Positions 1 to 10,464 are shown, numbered from the stretch's first letter. The stretch: DNA of 50,308 nucleotides from Campylobacterota bacterium (GCA_034661055.1 JAYEKO010000035.1:1-50308), one strand, 5' to 3'. Numbers and translations: made by a program. The notes: generated from the sequence alone by a model not told the origin.

Positions 1-1
1 A

Positions 2-871
2 ATTAATGATTATGTTGATGAACGACTCGATTTTTTAAAATCTACTAAAGCAGCAGCAGAGTATCTCACTTACTTACATAAGCGATTTGGAAAGTGGTAT
101 TTAGCTGCTCTAGCCTATAACTGTGGTGAAGGACGTGTCAGCAGCGCCATAAGAAAAGCGGGAACAGATAATCTAAAAGTCTTACTAGATCCGAAAAAAA
201 AATATGTGCCGCTAGAGAGCCGTATCTATATTCGTAAAATTGTTGCGCTCTCTATTATGGCAACCGATGAGTCATTTCTACTTAAAAGTGAGTATGGCTA
301 TCTATTAAATCGTGCAAGTGCCTATTCACTTTCTGTGGTAAGTGTTCCTAAGGGGGAGCGTATTAGTAGAGTTGCAAAACTAATAGATATGCCGGTAAAA
401 GAGCTTAAAGCGTTAAACTCGCATCTAAAATATGACTTCATACCTCCTTATGAAGAGAAGTATGATCTCTACATTCCCTATATTAAACTTTCTGATTTTA
501 GACAGAACTACAAACCGACAGATCTACAGTTGCTCTACAAGGTTCATACTGTAGTTTCAGGAGACAACTTCTCAAAAATCGGAAAAAAATATGGCGTAAA
601 ATATGGAATTATTAAAGACTTTAACAATATTACAAGCAATAGACTATCACTAAAGCAGAAGCTTATTATTCCTATTGTAAACACCAAAACTCAAAAAAGT
701 ACTCAAACCGTCTCAAAAAGTAAACGCAAAAAAGGGATGCATACTGTTAAAAGTGGTGACACCCTCATCTCAATCGCAAGATTACACAAATTGAGCGTTA
801 AAGAGCTAAGACGTGTTAATAATCGAACAGGAAGCATGCTACATATTGGTGAAAGGTTATACCTTAAATGA
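2..871 (+). CDS. mltD: Membrane-bound lytic murein transglycosylase D with LysM domains (5' truncated by window)
   Basis: Frame is open from base 2 (INDYVDERLDFLKSTKAAAEYL...WYLAALAYNCGEGRV, SLT motifs), so the track start at 206 is internal; C-terminal LysM repeats HTVVSGDNFSKI and HTVKSGDTLISIA; upstream of rlpA. Confidence 0.88.
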   Translation: MNDYVDERLDFLKSTKAAAEYLTYLHKRFGKWYLAALAYNCGEGRVSSAIRKAGTDNLKVLLDPKKKYVPLESRIYIRKIVALSIMATDESFLLKSEYGYLLNRASAYSLSVVSVPKGERISRVAKLIDMPVKELKALNSHLKYDFIPPYEEKYDLYIPYIKLSDFRQNYKPTDLQLLYKVHTVVSGDNFSKIGKKYGVKYGIIKDFNNITSNRLSLKQKLIIPIVNTKTQKSTQTVSKSKRKKGMHTVKSGDTLISIARLHKLSVKELRRVNNRTGSMLHIGERLYLK

Positions 872-1632
872 TGAAGATATTAGTTCTATTGACAGCACTG
901 TTACTGCTTGCTGGTTGTAGTTCCCGTACAGGAAAAACACTGCCACAACAGTCATACTCTAAAAAACCAAAAACCTACAAAAAAGCTACTATGAGGCCCT
1001 ATACTATTCGCGGTAAACGCTATTACCCTACGGTAGTTGAAGTGGGTGAGACCATGCACGGTAATGCTAGTTGGTATGGTCCAAACTTTCATGGTAAACT
1101 TACATCAAATGGCGAAACTTATGATATGCATGCAATGACCGCAGCACACAAAACACTTCCCATGAACACCATTGTCAGAGCAACACATAAACAAAATGGA
1201 AAATCTATTGTAGTACGCATTAATGACCGGGGGCCTTTTGTTGAGACTCGTATTATTGATCTATCTAAAGAGGCGGCACGACGAATCGATATGATTGGAA
1301 CGGGAACTGCTCCTGTTAAACTAGAGATTTTAGGATTTCAGAATAAGGGCGAAGAGTATATACCGACACAAACTACCCTTAATCGTGGTCCTAAGAGTAA
1401 GACTGTTGGCTCATTTTGTGTACAGATCGCATCATTTTCTCGTATTGAAGGTGCCATGATTACACAAGAAAAACATGATAATACCTTGGGGTATAAAAGC
1501 GTCATTAAAGATACGCAACATGAAGATGGAAGACTCTTTAGAGTCTGGCTTAGTGGATTTAAAAGTGAAGAGGAAGCGCGAGATTTTATTGCAGCAGAAC
1601 ACTTTGAACACTCATTTATTGTAAGGGATTAA
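868..1632 (+). CDS. rlpA: Septal ring lytic transglycosylase RlpA (lipoprotein with SPOR domain)
   Basis: Lipobox LAGC; GNASWYG...GETYDMHAMTAAHKTLP...VRINDRGPF...IIDLS; C-terminal SPOR (VQIASFS). Confidence 0.95.
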   Translation: MMKILVLLTALLLLAGCSSRTGKTLPQQSYSKKPKTYKKATMRPYTIRGKRYYPTVVEVGETMHGNASWYGPNFHGKLTSNGETYDMHAMTAAHKTLPMNTIVRATHKQNGKSIVVRINDRGPFVETRIIDLSKEAARRIDMIGTGTAPVKLEILGFQNKGEEYIPTQTTLNRGPKSKTVGSFCVQIASFSRIEGAMITQEKHDNTLGYKSVIKDTQHEDGRLFRVWLSGFKSEEEARDFIAAEHFEHSFIVRD

Positions 1633-1633
1633 A

Positions 1634-2206
1634 ATGGTAGAAAAAAACCGTAAAACTAAAGAGACAGAGATTGCTTTAAAACTTAATGTTTATGGTAAAG
1701 GCAAAAGTAGTATAAGTACGGGTGTTGGTTTTTTTGATCATATGCTTGAGAGTTTTTCAAAACACTCACTCATGGACATTGAAATTACATGTAAAGGTGA
1801 TACTCATGTAGATGATCACCACAGTGTTGAAGATGTAGGAATTGTCTTAGGTCAAGCCATTAGTGACTCGATCTATCCAATTGAAAATATAGAGCGTTTT
1901 GGAAGTGCTACTGTCGTCATGGATGAGGCATCAGTAACATGTGATTTAGACTTAAGTAATCGACCATTTTTACATTATGATGCTAATCTAGAAGGAAAAG
2001 TAGGGGACTTTGATGTTGAGCTTGCTGAAGAGTTCTTTCGTGCCATAATCTTTAATGCAGGAATAACAGCGCATATTGTCATGCAACGTGGTAAAAATCG
2101 TCACCATATTATAGAAGCGGCATTTAAATCACTTGCTGTTGCTCTGCGTCGTGCTACTGCGAAGAATGAGCGTGTTGGAGTTCCAAGCACTAAGGGTATT
2201 CTTTGA
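1634..2206 (+). CDS. hisB: Imidazoleglycerol-phosphate dehydratase
   Basis: RKTKET, GFFDHML, DDHHSVEDVGI, NRHHIIEAAFK, VPSTKG. Confidence 0.97.
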   Translation: MVEKNRKTKETEIALKLNVYGKGKSSISTGVGFFDHMLESFSKHSLMDIEITCKGDTHVDDHHSVEDVGIVLGQAISDSIYPIENIERFGSATVVMDEASVTCDLDLSNRPFLHYDANLEGKVGDFDVELAEEFFRAIIFNAGITAHIVMQRGKNRHHIIEAAFKSLAVALRRATAKNERVGVPSTKGIL

Positions 2207-2697
2207 TTCAATTACTTGTTCTTGATGTTGATGGCTGTTTAACAGACGGTGGTATTACTTACAGTGCCACTGGTGATGAGATAAAAATCTTTAATGTAAA
2301 AGACGGTTTGGCAATTGCTAGTTGGATTAAAATGGGGCATGATGTAGCTATCATCACAGGACGTAAGTCTACTATTGTTAAGAGGCGTGCTGATGAGTTG
2401 GGGATTCAACACCTGTTTCAAGGCGTTCACAACAAAGATGAAGTCTTACGTTTGTTATTAAAAGATCTCAGCATCAGCCTTGAAAATGTGGCTGCCATAG
2501 GCGATGACTTAAATGATGCCAATATGCTACAGCTTGTTGGCCATTCATACACACCACAAGATGGCTCACGCTATATTAAAAAAATTGTCAATACTGTCTT
2601 AAAAAACAGTGGTGGCAAAGGTGCTGTTAGAGAGATGATTGAAGAGATTGTAATACAAAACGATGAAGAGGGAGCATTTTTAGCACTGTGGCAATAA
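2203..2697 (+). CDS. kdsC: KDO 8-phosphate phosphatase (HAD family)
   Basis: LDVDGCLTDG, FNVKDG, IITGR, IGDDLND, GGKGAVREM. Confidence 0.93.
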   Translation: MIQLLVLDVDGCLTDGGITYSATGDEIKIFNVKDGLAIASWIKMGHDVAIITGRKSTIVKRRADELGIQHLFQGVHNKDEVLRLLLKDLSISLENVAAIGDDLNDANMLQLVGHSYTPQDGSRYIKKIVNTVLKNSGGKGAVREMIEEIVIQNDEEGAFLALWQ

Positions 2698-3212
2698 ACA
2701 TAAACAGCTTTTTACTGCTTCTTTTAGCATCACTTTTAGCAATATATATTTTTTTTAAGCCGATGGAAATTAAAGCTTACAATACCAAAGAGACAGCACA
2801 GCTCGAATTAAAAGAGTTTAGACTCTATGATATTGGCTCTCAAGGCTTAAAAATGATGCTCCAAGGTGACTTTGGAAAGCGTTTTAATGACCGCTATGAG
2901 ATTAGCAATATAGACTATATCAATAGAAGTGCTACAAAGCCACAAAAAATTAGTGCATCTTCATCTATTTATAGCGATAGAATGCTCTATCTAAACGGTA
3001 ATGTAATATATCAGCAAGGTGAAGACTTTACCTTTGCAAGTGATGAAGCCCGTTATGATGAAAAAATGAAACGTGCCTATACTTCTGGAAAGTTTAATCT
3101 TAAAAGTCGCGATGGCATCTTTAGTGGAACTGCTTTAGAGTATAATAGCGAAACTCAAAATGTCAAAGCTAAAGCCGTTGCTGCAACATACAACTTAAAT
3201 AAGGTAAATTAA
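2688..3212 (+). CDS. lptC: LPS export protein LptC-like
   Basis: N-terminal TM anchor, beta-jellyroll-like LNGNV pattern, position between kdsC and lptA. Confidence 0.75.
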   Translation: MAININSFLLLLLASLLAIYIFFKPMEIKAYNTKETAQLELKEFRLYDIGSQGLKMMLQGDFGKRFNDRYEISNIDYINRSATKPQKISASSSIYSDRMLYLNGNVIYQQGEDFTFASDEARYDEKMKRAYTSGKFNLKSRDGIFSGTALEYNSETQNVKAKAVAATYNLNKVN

Positions 3213-3213
3213 A

Positions 3214-3687
3214 ATGTTACGAATATTACCGCTAATAACTCTAGTGTTTTTGTCGCTACACTCAGAAGAGCTCAAAGTAAGTGCCGATCTTTTTGAGAGT
3301 GACGAGCAAAAAGGCATTACACTGTTTACTGGAAATGTTGCTATTATTAAAGGTAATGATACTTTGGATGCAAACAGTGTGGAAATTCATACTGATGCCA
3401 ATCGAAAACCAACTAAGTTCATAGCTGTTGGTAGTGTCAACTTTAGTATTCATGCCAATAACAATGCCTATAAAGGAAGTTCCAAAAAAGCTATCTTTAT
3501 GCCTCAGATTAAAGAGTACCATTTTTATGGTGATGTAAGCTTAATGCAGCTTGGATCACATAATACAATTAAAGGGGAAAAAGTTATTGTAAATCTCACT
3601 AAAGGTACTGCTACGGCACAGGGAGATTCTAAAAAACCTGTTAGCATGACATTTCAAATTGATAATAGTGATGAAAAAAATGATTGA
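3214..3687 (+). CDS. lptA: LPS transport periplasmic protein LptA
   Basis: Signal peptide; OstA-like FTGNVAIIKG...GDV...IKGEKVIVNL. Confidence 0.88.
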   Translation: MLRILPLITLVFLSLHSEELKVSADLFESDEQKGITLFTGNVAIIKGNDTLDANSVEIHTDANRKPTKFIAVGSVNFSIHANNNAYKGSSKKAIFMPQIKEYHFYGDVSLMQLGSHNTIKGEKVIVNLTKGTATAQGDSKKPVSMTFQIDNSDEKND

Positions 3688-4303
3688 AATAATTGACTCT
3701 AAGTTTACGACATCAGCACCTAATATTAAGCTATCTCCAGAAAATGAACTTCAAAATGAAGTAGTTTTTATGGCACGCTCTAATGTAGGAAAAAGCTCAC
3801 TGCTTAACTCACTAAGCTCTCGCAAATCATTAGCCAAAGTCTCAGCAACACCAGGGAAGACCCGTTTAATTAACTACTTTGACATTACTTTTATTGACCG
3901 TGACAGTGCTATTAAGCGTGAAGCTAAGTTTGTTGACCTGCCAGGGTTTGGTTATGCGAAGGTATCTAAATCTATTAAAAAAGATTGGGAAAAAAACTTA
4001 ACACAGTTTATTGAAAATCGCTCTCAGATTAAGGTTTTTGTTCATCTTATTGATTCACGTCATCCTAATCTAGAGATTGACGAGTCAGTATTTAACTTTT
4101 TACAAGAGTCTGCTGTAGAAGATCAGTATATTTTACAGGTCTTTACAAAAATAGATAAGCTAAATCAAAAAGAGCTTAACAGACTCAAGTCTGCCTACCC
4201 CGATGCTTTAATGATCTCCAACAGTAAAAAGCGAGGCATAAAAGAGCTTTTACATGTAATTTATAGTATTTTATATGAGGATGAAACGGTTGATAACTTA
4301 TAG
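3680..4303 (+). CDS. engB: Ribosome biogenesis GTPase YihA/EngB
   Basis: RSNVGKSSL, TPGKTRLIN, DLPGFGY, TKIDK; ATG 3680 preferred over track start 3659. Confidence 0.95.
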   Translation: MIEIIDSKFTTSAPNIKLSPENELQNEVVFMARSNVGKSSLLNSLSSRKSLAKVSATPGKTRLINYFDITFIDRDSAIKREAKFVDLPGFGYAKVSKSIKKDWEKNLTQFIENRSQIKVFVHLIDSRHPNLEIDESVFNFLQESAVEDQYILQVFTKIDKLNQKELNRLKSAYPDALMISNSKKRGIKELLHVIYSILYEDETVDNL

Positions 4304-4748
4304 AAAAGCACATCTCTGTGATATTGTATTGATGCAGGCGCTTGTAAAGCCTGAAGTAGATGAAGGAACTATTTTGGTACGAAGTGATGATGAGATATCA
4401 ACCAATATTCGCTCTTATATTTTAGCATTTGATGAGCAGGAACTTATCGGTTTTGCAGCACTGCATATTCACACCATAGCACTTGCTGAAGTGCGTTCTC
4501 TTATTGTAAAAGACGGCTATAGAGATAGAAAAGTTGGTACTGCTTTAGTTAACCTCTGTATTGATGAGGGAAGAGAGTTAGGTCTAAAAGAGATCTTATC
4601 ATTAACCTATATGAAAACATTTTTTGAAAATTTAGATTTTAAAGAGATTCCAAAAGAGTCCATCCCAGAACATAAAATTTGGGCCGATTGTATTAAATGT
4701 AAACACTTTCCAATATGCAACGAAGTCTCACTCATCAAAACCCTGTAA
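4281..4748 (+). CDS. GNAT N-acetyltransferase (short ArgA-like); start uncertain (4275/4281/4290)
   Basis: LAEVRSL, GxALV, FFENLDF, KIWADCIKC motifs of the short amino-acid N-acetyltransferase family. Confidence 0.8.
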   Translation: MKRLITYRKAHLCDIVLMQALVKPEVDEGTILVRSDDEISTNIRSYILAFDEQELIGFAALHIHTIALAEVRSLIVKDGYRDRKVGTALVNLCIDEGRELGLKEILSLTYMKTFFENLDFKEIPKESIPEHKIWADCIKCKHFPICNEVSLIKTL

Positions 4749-5167
4749 AGGCGCTTGCGCTCCTTTTGCTTTTTAGTTTATATACAGCAATAGCAAGTAT
4801 ATACCTTATGATGCCGCCACTATTGGCGGTACTATTTTTCTTTTTTATTAAGCAGTTTGATAAAAATGATTTACTATCTTTTGTCTATATATTGGCATTT
4901 TTAGTTGTTTTTGAAGTAAGTTATGGTTATTTAACACTTAGTACACTAGTCTATTTTTTATTTTTATACTTTTTAGTTATGCCGACACTGAAAAAAATAT
5001 TTATATGTAAACTCTGTATTGAGTTTTTACAGGTAGTTTTTGTATATATCGGTTTTTGGCTTTATACTACACTTGTGCACTCTATTTTTTGGCTTGATTT
5101 ACCATCAATTGACCTCTATACTATCTTTTATGTTTTTATTGAGTTTTTGGTGATTATACTGCTATGA
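4715..5167 (+). CDS. Polytopic membrane protein, probable divergent MreD-like
   Basis: About 5 TM helices; overlaps the mrdA start. Confidence 0.55.
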   Translation: MQRSLTHQNPVKALALLLLFSLYTAIASIYLMMPPLLAVLFFFFIKQFDKNDLLSFVYILAFLVVFEVSYGYLTLSTLVYFLFLYFLVMPTLKKIFICKLCIEFLQVVFVYIGFWLYTTLVHSIFWLDLPSIDLYTIFYVFIEFLVIILL

Positions 5168-6948
5168 GAACCAAGATTATTATTGCTATTTTTTTTATTG
5201 CTTGGTTTACACTGCTAGTACGCCTCTATTACATTAGTGTTGAGTCCAACAAGTATTATGATAGACTATCTAATAAAAACACAATTAAAATAGAAGCCAT
5301 CGCGCCTATTCGTGGTGAAATTATTGATATTAAAGGTAACCCCATTGCCATTAATCAGCTGGGATTTAAAATTGCTGTCAAGCCTCATATTCGTGATAAA
5401 AAACAGCTTAGCAATACTTTGGAATCTATTGTAAAGCTACTACCAACATTAGAGTACGAGAAACTATTAAAGCTCTATAGGCAGCGTAATTCAAGTTATT
5501 ATCACAATCCAATTATTCTTGTTGACTTTATCTCTTACGAGACTATTATGCCTATATATACTCAACTAAACCTTATTGAAGAGATTAAAATCACAGCCGC
5601 CCCTAAACGTTTCTACCCCAACAAAAGTGTTGCTGCACATATTGTAGGCTATGTATCCAAAGCTAATAGCAAAGAGATGTCATCAAACCCTTATGCACGG
5701 CTTATTGGTACAATAGGAAAGAGCGGTATTGAGAAGTTCTATAACGGTTATCTTCAAGGCAGTGCCGGGGAACGTACCATCAAAGTGAGTGCTTTTAATG
5801 AAGAGATTTCTGAACTCTCATTACAGCAGCCAAAAGAGAATCAAGATATTCAACTCAATATAGATATGGACCTTCAAAAATATATTGCTAAACTCTTTAA
5901 AGGAAAAAGTGGTTCTGCTATTGTCATGGATACAGAGGGAAGACTTTTAGCTGCAGGAAGCTATCCGGAGTATGACCTCAATACTTTTGTTGGAGGCATC
6001 TCAAAAAAAGAGTGGAAAACACTAATAAATGACCCCAATGTACCCTTTACAAATAAAATTATTCACGGTCTTTATCCACCAGGATCAACCATTAAAACAG
6101 GACTTGGCTTAAGCTATATTACCTCTGAACTCAATGAGTGGGAGTCATTTAACTGTACTGGCTCTATGGAGCTTGGTGGTCGAAATTTTCGATGCTGGAA
6201 ACGCTGGGGGCATGGTAATACATCTCTAATTAAAGCAATTAGAGAGAGCTGTGATGACTACTTCTACAAAGGGAGCCTTAAAGTAGGAATTAAGCGTATA
6301 AGTGATGACCTAAAACGCTATGGTTTAGGTAAAAAGACAGGCATTGATCTACCGCGTGAATTTATTGGTACGGTTCCTAGTCGTGCCTGGAAACGAAAAA
6401 AATATAATCGTCCTTGGTACATTGGTGAAACTCTCAACAGCTCAATTGGTCAAGGTGACTTCTTGGTTACCCCCATTCAGATCACCCAGTTTACCGCACT
6501 AATGGCTACAGGAAAACTACTCGTACCCTATATTGTTAAAGAGGTCGGTGGCATTAAAAACAGTGCACCAGCCTATGATGTTTTAACTGCTTTGGAAAAA
6601 AAGAAGTTACCATTAATTCAACGTGCTATGTATGAGGTATGTAACCATCAAAAGGGAACTGCCGCTAACTATATTGACTCTAAAGTGACGTTTGCTGGTA
6701 AGACCGGTACCGCACAAGTCGTTGGAATCTCGCAAGAGACTAAGAAACGCCTAAAAGAAGAGGATATGGAATACTTCAGAAGATCTCATGCTTGGTTCAC
6801 AACATATGGTCCATACAAAAATCCTCAATATATTGTTACTGTATTGGTAGAGCATGGTGGTCATGGTGGTACTGCCGGGGGAGCCATTGTCTCAAAAATC
6901 TACAATAGATTACTTGAGACAGGTTATATTAAAGACATCTCTAAATAG
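5164..6948 (+). CDS. mrdA: Penicillin-binding protein 2
   Basis: PGSTIK (SxxK), SCD (SxD), GKTGTAQ, VEHGGHG; N-terminal TM. Confidence 0.96.
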   Translation: MRTKIIIAIFFIAWFTLLVRLYYISVESNKYYDRLSNKNTIKIEAIAPIRGEIIDIKGNPIAINQLGFKIAVKPHIRDKKQLSNTLESIVKLLPTLEYEKLLKLYRQRNSSYYHNPIILVDFISYETIMPIYTQLNLIEEIKITAAPKRFYPNKSVAAHIVGYVSKANSKEMSSNPYARLIGTIGKSGIEKFYNGYLQGSAGERTIKVSAFNEEISELSLQQPKENQDIQLNIDMDLQKYIAKLFKGKSGSAIVMDTEGRLLAAGSYPEYDLNTFVGGISKKEWKTLINDPNVPFTNKIIHGLYPPGSTIKTGLGLSYITSELNEWESFNCTGSMELGGRNFRCWKRWGHGNTSLIKAIRESCDDYFYKGSLKVGIKRISDDLKRYGLGKKTGIDLPREFIGTVPSRAWKRKKYNRPWYIGETLNSSIGQGDFLVTPIQITQFTALMATGKLLVPYIVKEVGGIKNSAPAYDVLTALEKKKLPLIQRAMYEVCNHQKGTAANYIDSKVTFAGKTGTAQVVGISQETKKRLKEEDMEYFRRSHAWFTTYGPYKNPQYIVTVLVEHGGHGGTAGGAIVSKIYNRLLETGYIKDISK

Positions 6949-7876
6949 TGTTTAAAGAGTTTTGTAAAAAGAGGGCGAGTAGTACAAAGAGCAAGATGGC
7001 TGCAGATTTATTATAAAGCTTATTTGCTAAAATAAGTAGTAATGCCAAGGAGGAAGCTACCATCAATGCAATATCATAACGAGTCGCTTCTAAGTTAATT
7101 ACTAAGGGAGTGACTAACGACGCACTTCCTAGTACCATTGAAAAATTAGCTACATTAGAACCTATAATATTACCAATACTCATGTCGGCATGGCCTTTTT
7201 TAACGGCAACAATAGAGACAACGAGTTCAGGAAGTGATGTTCCAAGAGAAATTAAGAAAAGTCCAATAATCCACTCGCTTACACCAAATAGACGTGCAAT
7301 AGAGCTGCCACTCTCAATAACAAAATTAGCACCACCGATGGTTAAAATAAACCCTACTAGCAAAAGAGCAGCAGTTTGCATCCAGTTGAACTTCTCTTTA
7401 ACTAGGTCTGTATCTATCTCACCAACAAGATCCTCTTTAGCATCTTTAAATAAAAATAGTAGATACGCGACCATTAACATAAGAAATAAAATCCCATCAA
7501 AACGGCCAATTTCACCATCTATTATCATAATAATAAAGACAATAACGGGAAATAAAATCCATGCACTATCTTTTGCAAACAAGTCACGGCTTGGACTCAT
7601 AGACCGAGCAATTAAAAAGACCACGCCCAGCACCATGGTAATATTAAACATAACACTACCCACAACATTAGCAACTGCCATCTCGGCTTTATTATCAACT
7701 GCTGCCATAACTGAAGCTGCCATTTCAGGTAACGATGTTCCAAAAGCAACCAAGGTTGCACCGATAACAAAGTGTGAAATTTTAAAGTGCAGAGCAATAC
7801 GCTCAGACTCTTTAATAATAAAATCAGCTCCATATACTAAAGCTGCCATTGCTGCTATAAAAATAGCGAAATCCAT
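6941..7876 (-). CDS. Calcium/sodium antiporter (YrbG, CaCA family)
   Basis: Two alpha repeats GTSLPE...NVVGS and GTSLPE...GNIIGSN; about 10 TM. Confidence 0.93.
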   Translation of the reverse strand: MDFAIFIAAMAALVYGADFIIKESERIALHFKISHFVIGATLVAFGTSLPEMAASVMAAVDNKAEMAVANVVGSVMFNITMVLGVVFLIARSMSPSRDLFAKDSAWILFPVIVFIIMIIDGEIGRFDGILFLMLMVAYLLFLFKDAKEDLVGEIDTDLVKEKFNWMQTAALLLVGFILTIGGANFVIESGSSIARLFGVSEWIIGLFLISLGTSLPELVVSIVAVKKGHADMSIGNIIGSNVANFSMVLGSASLVTPLVINLEATRYDIALMVASSLALLLILANKLYNKSAAILLFVLLALFLQNSLNTI

Positions 7877-8298
7877 TACTTCTCCTCGTTTCTAATAATT
7901 AAACTATCAGGCAGGTTAAAGTACCCAATAACAGCCTCTTCTTTAAGTCGCATTTCACCACGGTCTACCTCATGATCATAGCCAATTAAATGCAGTAGGC
8001 CATGTATAAACAGTAGAGACAGCTCATCTTCAAAGCTGTGTCTAAGCTCTTTTGATACATTGCGTACATAATCTACTGAGATTACAATACTGCCAACTGG
8101 CCCCATGGGCATCGGTTCATAAGGAAAGCTTAAAACATCAGTTGGCTTATCTATTGAGCGAAATTCTCTGTTAATCTCTTTTATATCCTGATTGTCTGTA
8201 ATAATCAGTTCGATATCACCAACTTTTAAATAGCTCTTTATCGTATCAAGTGGCAATAAATTAATTACAGTTTCAGTTCTGTTTTCAAAATCTATCAT
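7876..8298 (-). CDS. ybeY: rRNA maturation endoribonuclease YbeY
   Basis: DKPTDVLSF and HGLLHLIGYDH. Confidence 0.96.
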   Translation of the reverse strand: MIDFENRTETVINLLPLDTIKSYLKVGDIELIITDNQDIKEINREFRSIDKPTDVLSFPYEPMPMGPVGSIVISVDYVRNVSKELRHSFEDELSLLFIHGLLHLIGYDHEVDRGEMRLKEEAVIGYFNLPDSLIIRNEEK

Positions 8299-8308
8299 CT
8301 AAAACGAA

Positions 8309-8330
8309 TTATATCCATTTATGCTACAAT
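8309..8330. promoter_or_regulatory. Divergent sigma70 -10 elements for ybeY (TATAAT, minus) and queC (TGcTACAAT, plus)
   Basis: ATTATA at 8309-8314 reads TATAAT on the minus strand; extended -10 TGCTACAAT at 8322-8330; both in the 57-bp gap. Confidence 0.5.
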
Positions 8331-8355
8331 CTGCTTATAATTTTAAGGGATAAAT

Positions 8356-9033
8356 GTGGTAAATAAAAAAGCACTCTGTATTATGAGTGGTGGAATGGAC
8401 TCAACACTTGCAGCCTACATTATTAAAGAGCAGGGGTATGACATTATTGGTCTGCACTTTAACTATGGACAGCGAACCCAGACAAAAGAGCTAGAGTGTT
8501 TTCATAATATCTGTGATGATTTACATGTAAAAAACAGATATGCGCTTGATATGGACTTTTTTAAAGAGATTGGCGCCTCTGCGCTCACTGATGAGACAAT
8601 TGAAGTACCTACTTCTGGAATAGAAGGTGGGGTTCCTGTAACCTATGTTCCATTTAGAAATGGAATATTTTTAAGTATTGCTGCTGCCATTGCTGAAAAA
8701 GAGGGGGCAGAAATACTCAGCATTGGTGTTGTTGAGGAAGATAGCAGTGGATATCCAGACTGTAGAGCTGAGTTTATTGACTCTACAACCAAGAGCATCA
8801 ACCTTGGAACTAAAGACAGTACGCATATCTCCATTGCTATGCCTCTTGTCGCACTTAAAAAAGAGCAGATTGTTGCGTCTGCCTTAGATTACAAGGTTCC
8901 TCTTGTTTTAACATGGAGTTGCTATAAAAACGAAGTAAAAGCGTGTGGAGTGTGTGACAGTTGTCGTCTTCGACTTAAAGGCTTTAAAAATGCCAATTAT
9001 ACCGATCCAATTCCTTATGAAACAGCAGATTAA
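8356..9033 (+). CDS. queC: 7-cyano-7-deazaguanine synthase
   Basis: SGGMDS, YGQR, TYVPFRN, GYPDCR, TWSCY...CGVCDSC. Confidence 0.97.
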   Translation: MVNKKALCIMSGGMDSTLAAYIIKEQGYDIIGLHFNYGQRTQTKELECFHNICDDLHVKNRYALDMDFFKEIGASALTDETIEVPTSGIEGGVPVTYVPFRNGIFLSIAAAIAEKEGAEILSIGVVEEDSSGYPDCRAEFIDSTTKSINLGTKDSTHISIAMPLVALKKEQIVASALDYKVPLVLTWSCYKNEVKACGVCDSCRLRLKGFKNANYTDPIPYETAD

Positions 9034-9673
9034 ACACGAGCTTTTTAAGCTTTTTCATACCCATAAGCCAAGGCAGAAACACACCTATATCTCAATAGAA
9101 AAAGATGGTACAGTCTCTTTAAGAAGTCCTATTAAAGACATAAATATATTGCTTAATATCATAAATGAGAGAGAGGAGTGGATTTTATCGCAACTAAAGA
9201 AATATGCTCTTGTCTATAGACCTAAACTAGGAGAAGAGTTATTATATTTAGGAGAAGTGCATTCACTTCAAGACCCTTTAGTCTCTGAACTTAAGGCTAA
9301 AGTAAATAGAGTAAAGCTAAAGACTCCAGAGCGACTAGAAAAGTGCTACAGTGAGTTTTATAAAAATGTATCTCAGGCATATATTCCATCTAGGGTAGCA
9401 CTATTTTCAAACATTATGAAGGTCTATCCTAACACAATCTCATTTAGGAAGATGAAGCGGAGATGGGGAAGTTGTGATAGCCAAAAAAACTTAGTTTTCA
9501 ATAGTAAAATTATGAAGTTAAAACCATCACTAATTGACTATATAGTTGTTCATGAACTCGCACATATTAAGCATATGAACCACTCAAAAAGTTTTAATGA
9601 TTTTGTAGCATTGCACCTTGAAGATGCTAGAATAAGAGAACAAGAGTTACGTTATGTAAGCCCTCAAGTTTAA
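9017..9673 (+). CDS. YgjP-like zinc metallohydrolase (DUF45)
   Basis: MKRRWGSC and DYIVVHELAH...NHS; ATG 9017 overlapping the queC end preferred. Confidence 0.88.
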   Translation: MKQQIKHELFKLFHTHKPRQKHTYISIEKDGTVSLRSPIKDINILLNIINEREEWILSQLKKYALVYRPKLGEELLYLGEVHSLQDPLVSELKAKVNRVKLKTPERLEKCYSEFYKNVSQAYIPSRVALFSNIMKVYPNTISFRKMKRRWGSCDSQKNLVFNSKIMKLKPSLIDYIVVHELAHIKHMNHSKSFNDFVALHLEDARIREQELRYVSPQV

Positions 9674-9675
9674 TA

Positions 9676-10464
9676 TTAGCGTCTAGACTGCTTATGTTCA
9701 TACATCAATGCATCAGCTTTTTCAACAACGTCTCTAAAACTATCTTCATTACCAAACGGTGCTATTCCAAAAGAGAAATCTAATTTTAGAAGGTCACCAT
9801 TATTTGCCTTGATTTTTTTCTTTGTGAGGCCTTGACGTGACTCTTCAAAAGTAATTTTTAATCTCTCAATATCGGTATCATCACTCAGCATAATAAATTC
9901 ATCACCAGCAAAACGAATAAATTTAAATGCATTAAATGCTTTGTCTAAATAACGAGATATAAAGACAAGCACTCTGTCTCCTACATTATGTCCGTAGGTA
10001 TCATTAATAAGTTTAAAGTTATCTAGATCAATGAAAATAAGAGCACCACTGTTTTTAAAATCACTTTTTCCTTCTAAATAGATATCATTAATCCAAAGTC
10101 TATTATTGACTCCTGTCAAAGGGTCTTTATAGATTCTAGACTTTAGAAGCTGCATCTCATGTCGAAGTTTTGAAACCTCCTTAGTTACAAGAATAAGTTT
10201 TTCGTGATCTTCCTCTTCCATAGCTTTTTGGGCATTTTTAGTTGTGTCAGAGAGCTTAACTATATTTTGATTAGCATTTTGAAGTAAGTCATTAGCTTTT
10301 TTGATAGATGCTTCATTGTGATTAAGTACATAGGCGTCATCATTTAAAAGAACATCATTATTTATAGCATGCTTCACAAATATCTCTTGATACTCCGAGG
10401 GTAGAACAATATCTTTACTTAAAAGATCCGAAAGAGCTAGACTAGTAACATCAGATAGACTCAT
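9676..10464 (-). CDS. Cytoplasmic GGDEF-domain protein with coiled coil (AGDEF variant)
   Basis: DPLTGVNNR, IDLDNFKLINDTYGH, RFAGDEF, ADALMY. Confidence 0.9.
   Translation of the reverse strand: MSLSDVTSLALSDLLSKDIVLPSEYQEIFVKHAINNDVLLNDDAYVLNHNEASIKKANDLLQNANQNIVKLSDTTKNAQKAMEEEDHEKLILVTKEVSKLRHEMQLLKSRIYKDPLTGVNNRLWINDIYLEGKSDFKNSGALIFIDLDNFKLINDTYGHNVGDRVLVFISRYLDKAFNAFKFIRFAGDEFIMLSDDTDIERLKITFEESRQGLTKKKIKANNGDLLKLDFSFGIAPFGNEDSFRDVVEKADALMYEHKQSRR

Noticed and set aside
7110..7895. 261-aa plus-strand ORF
   Set aside because: Antisense shadow of the hydrophobic Ca/Na antiporter gene; no motifs of its own
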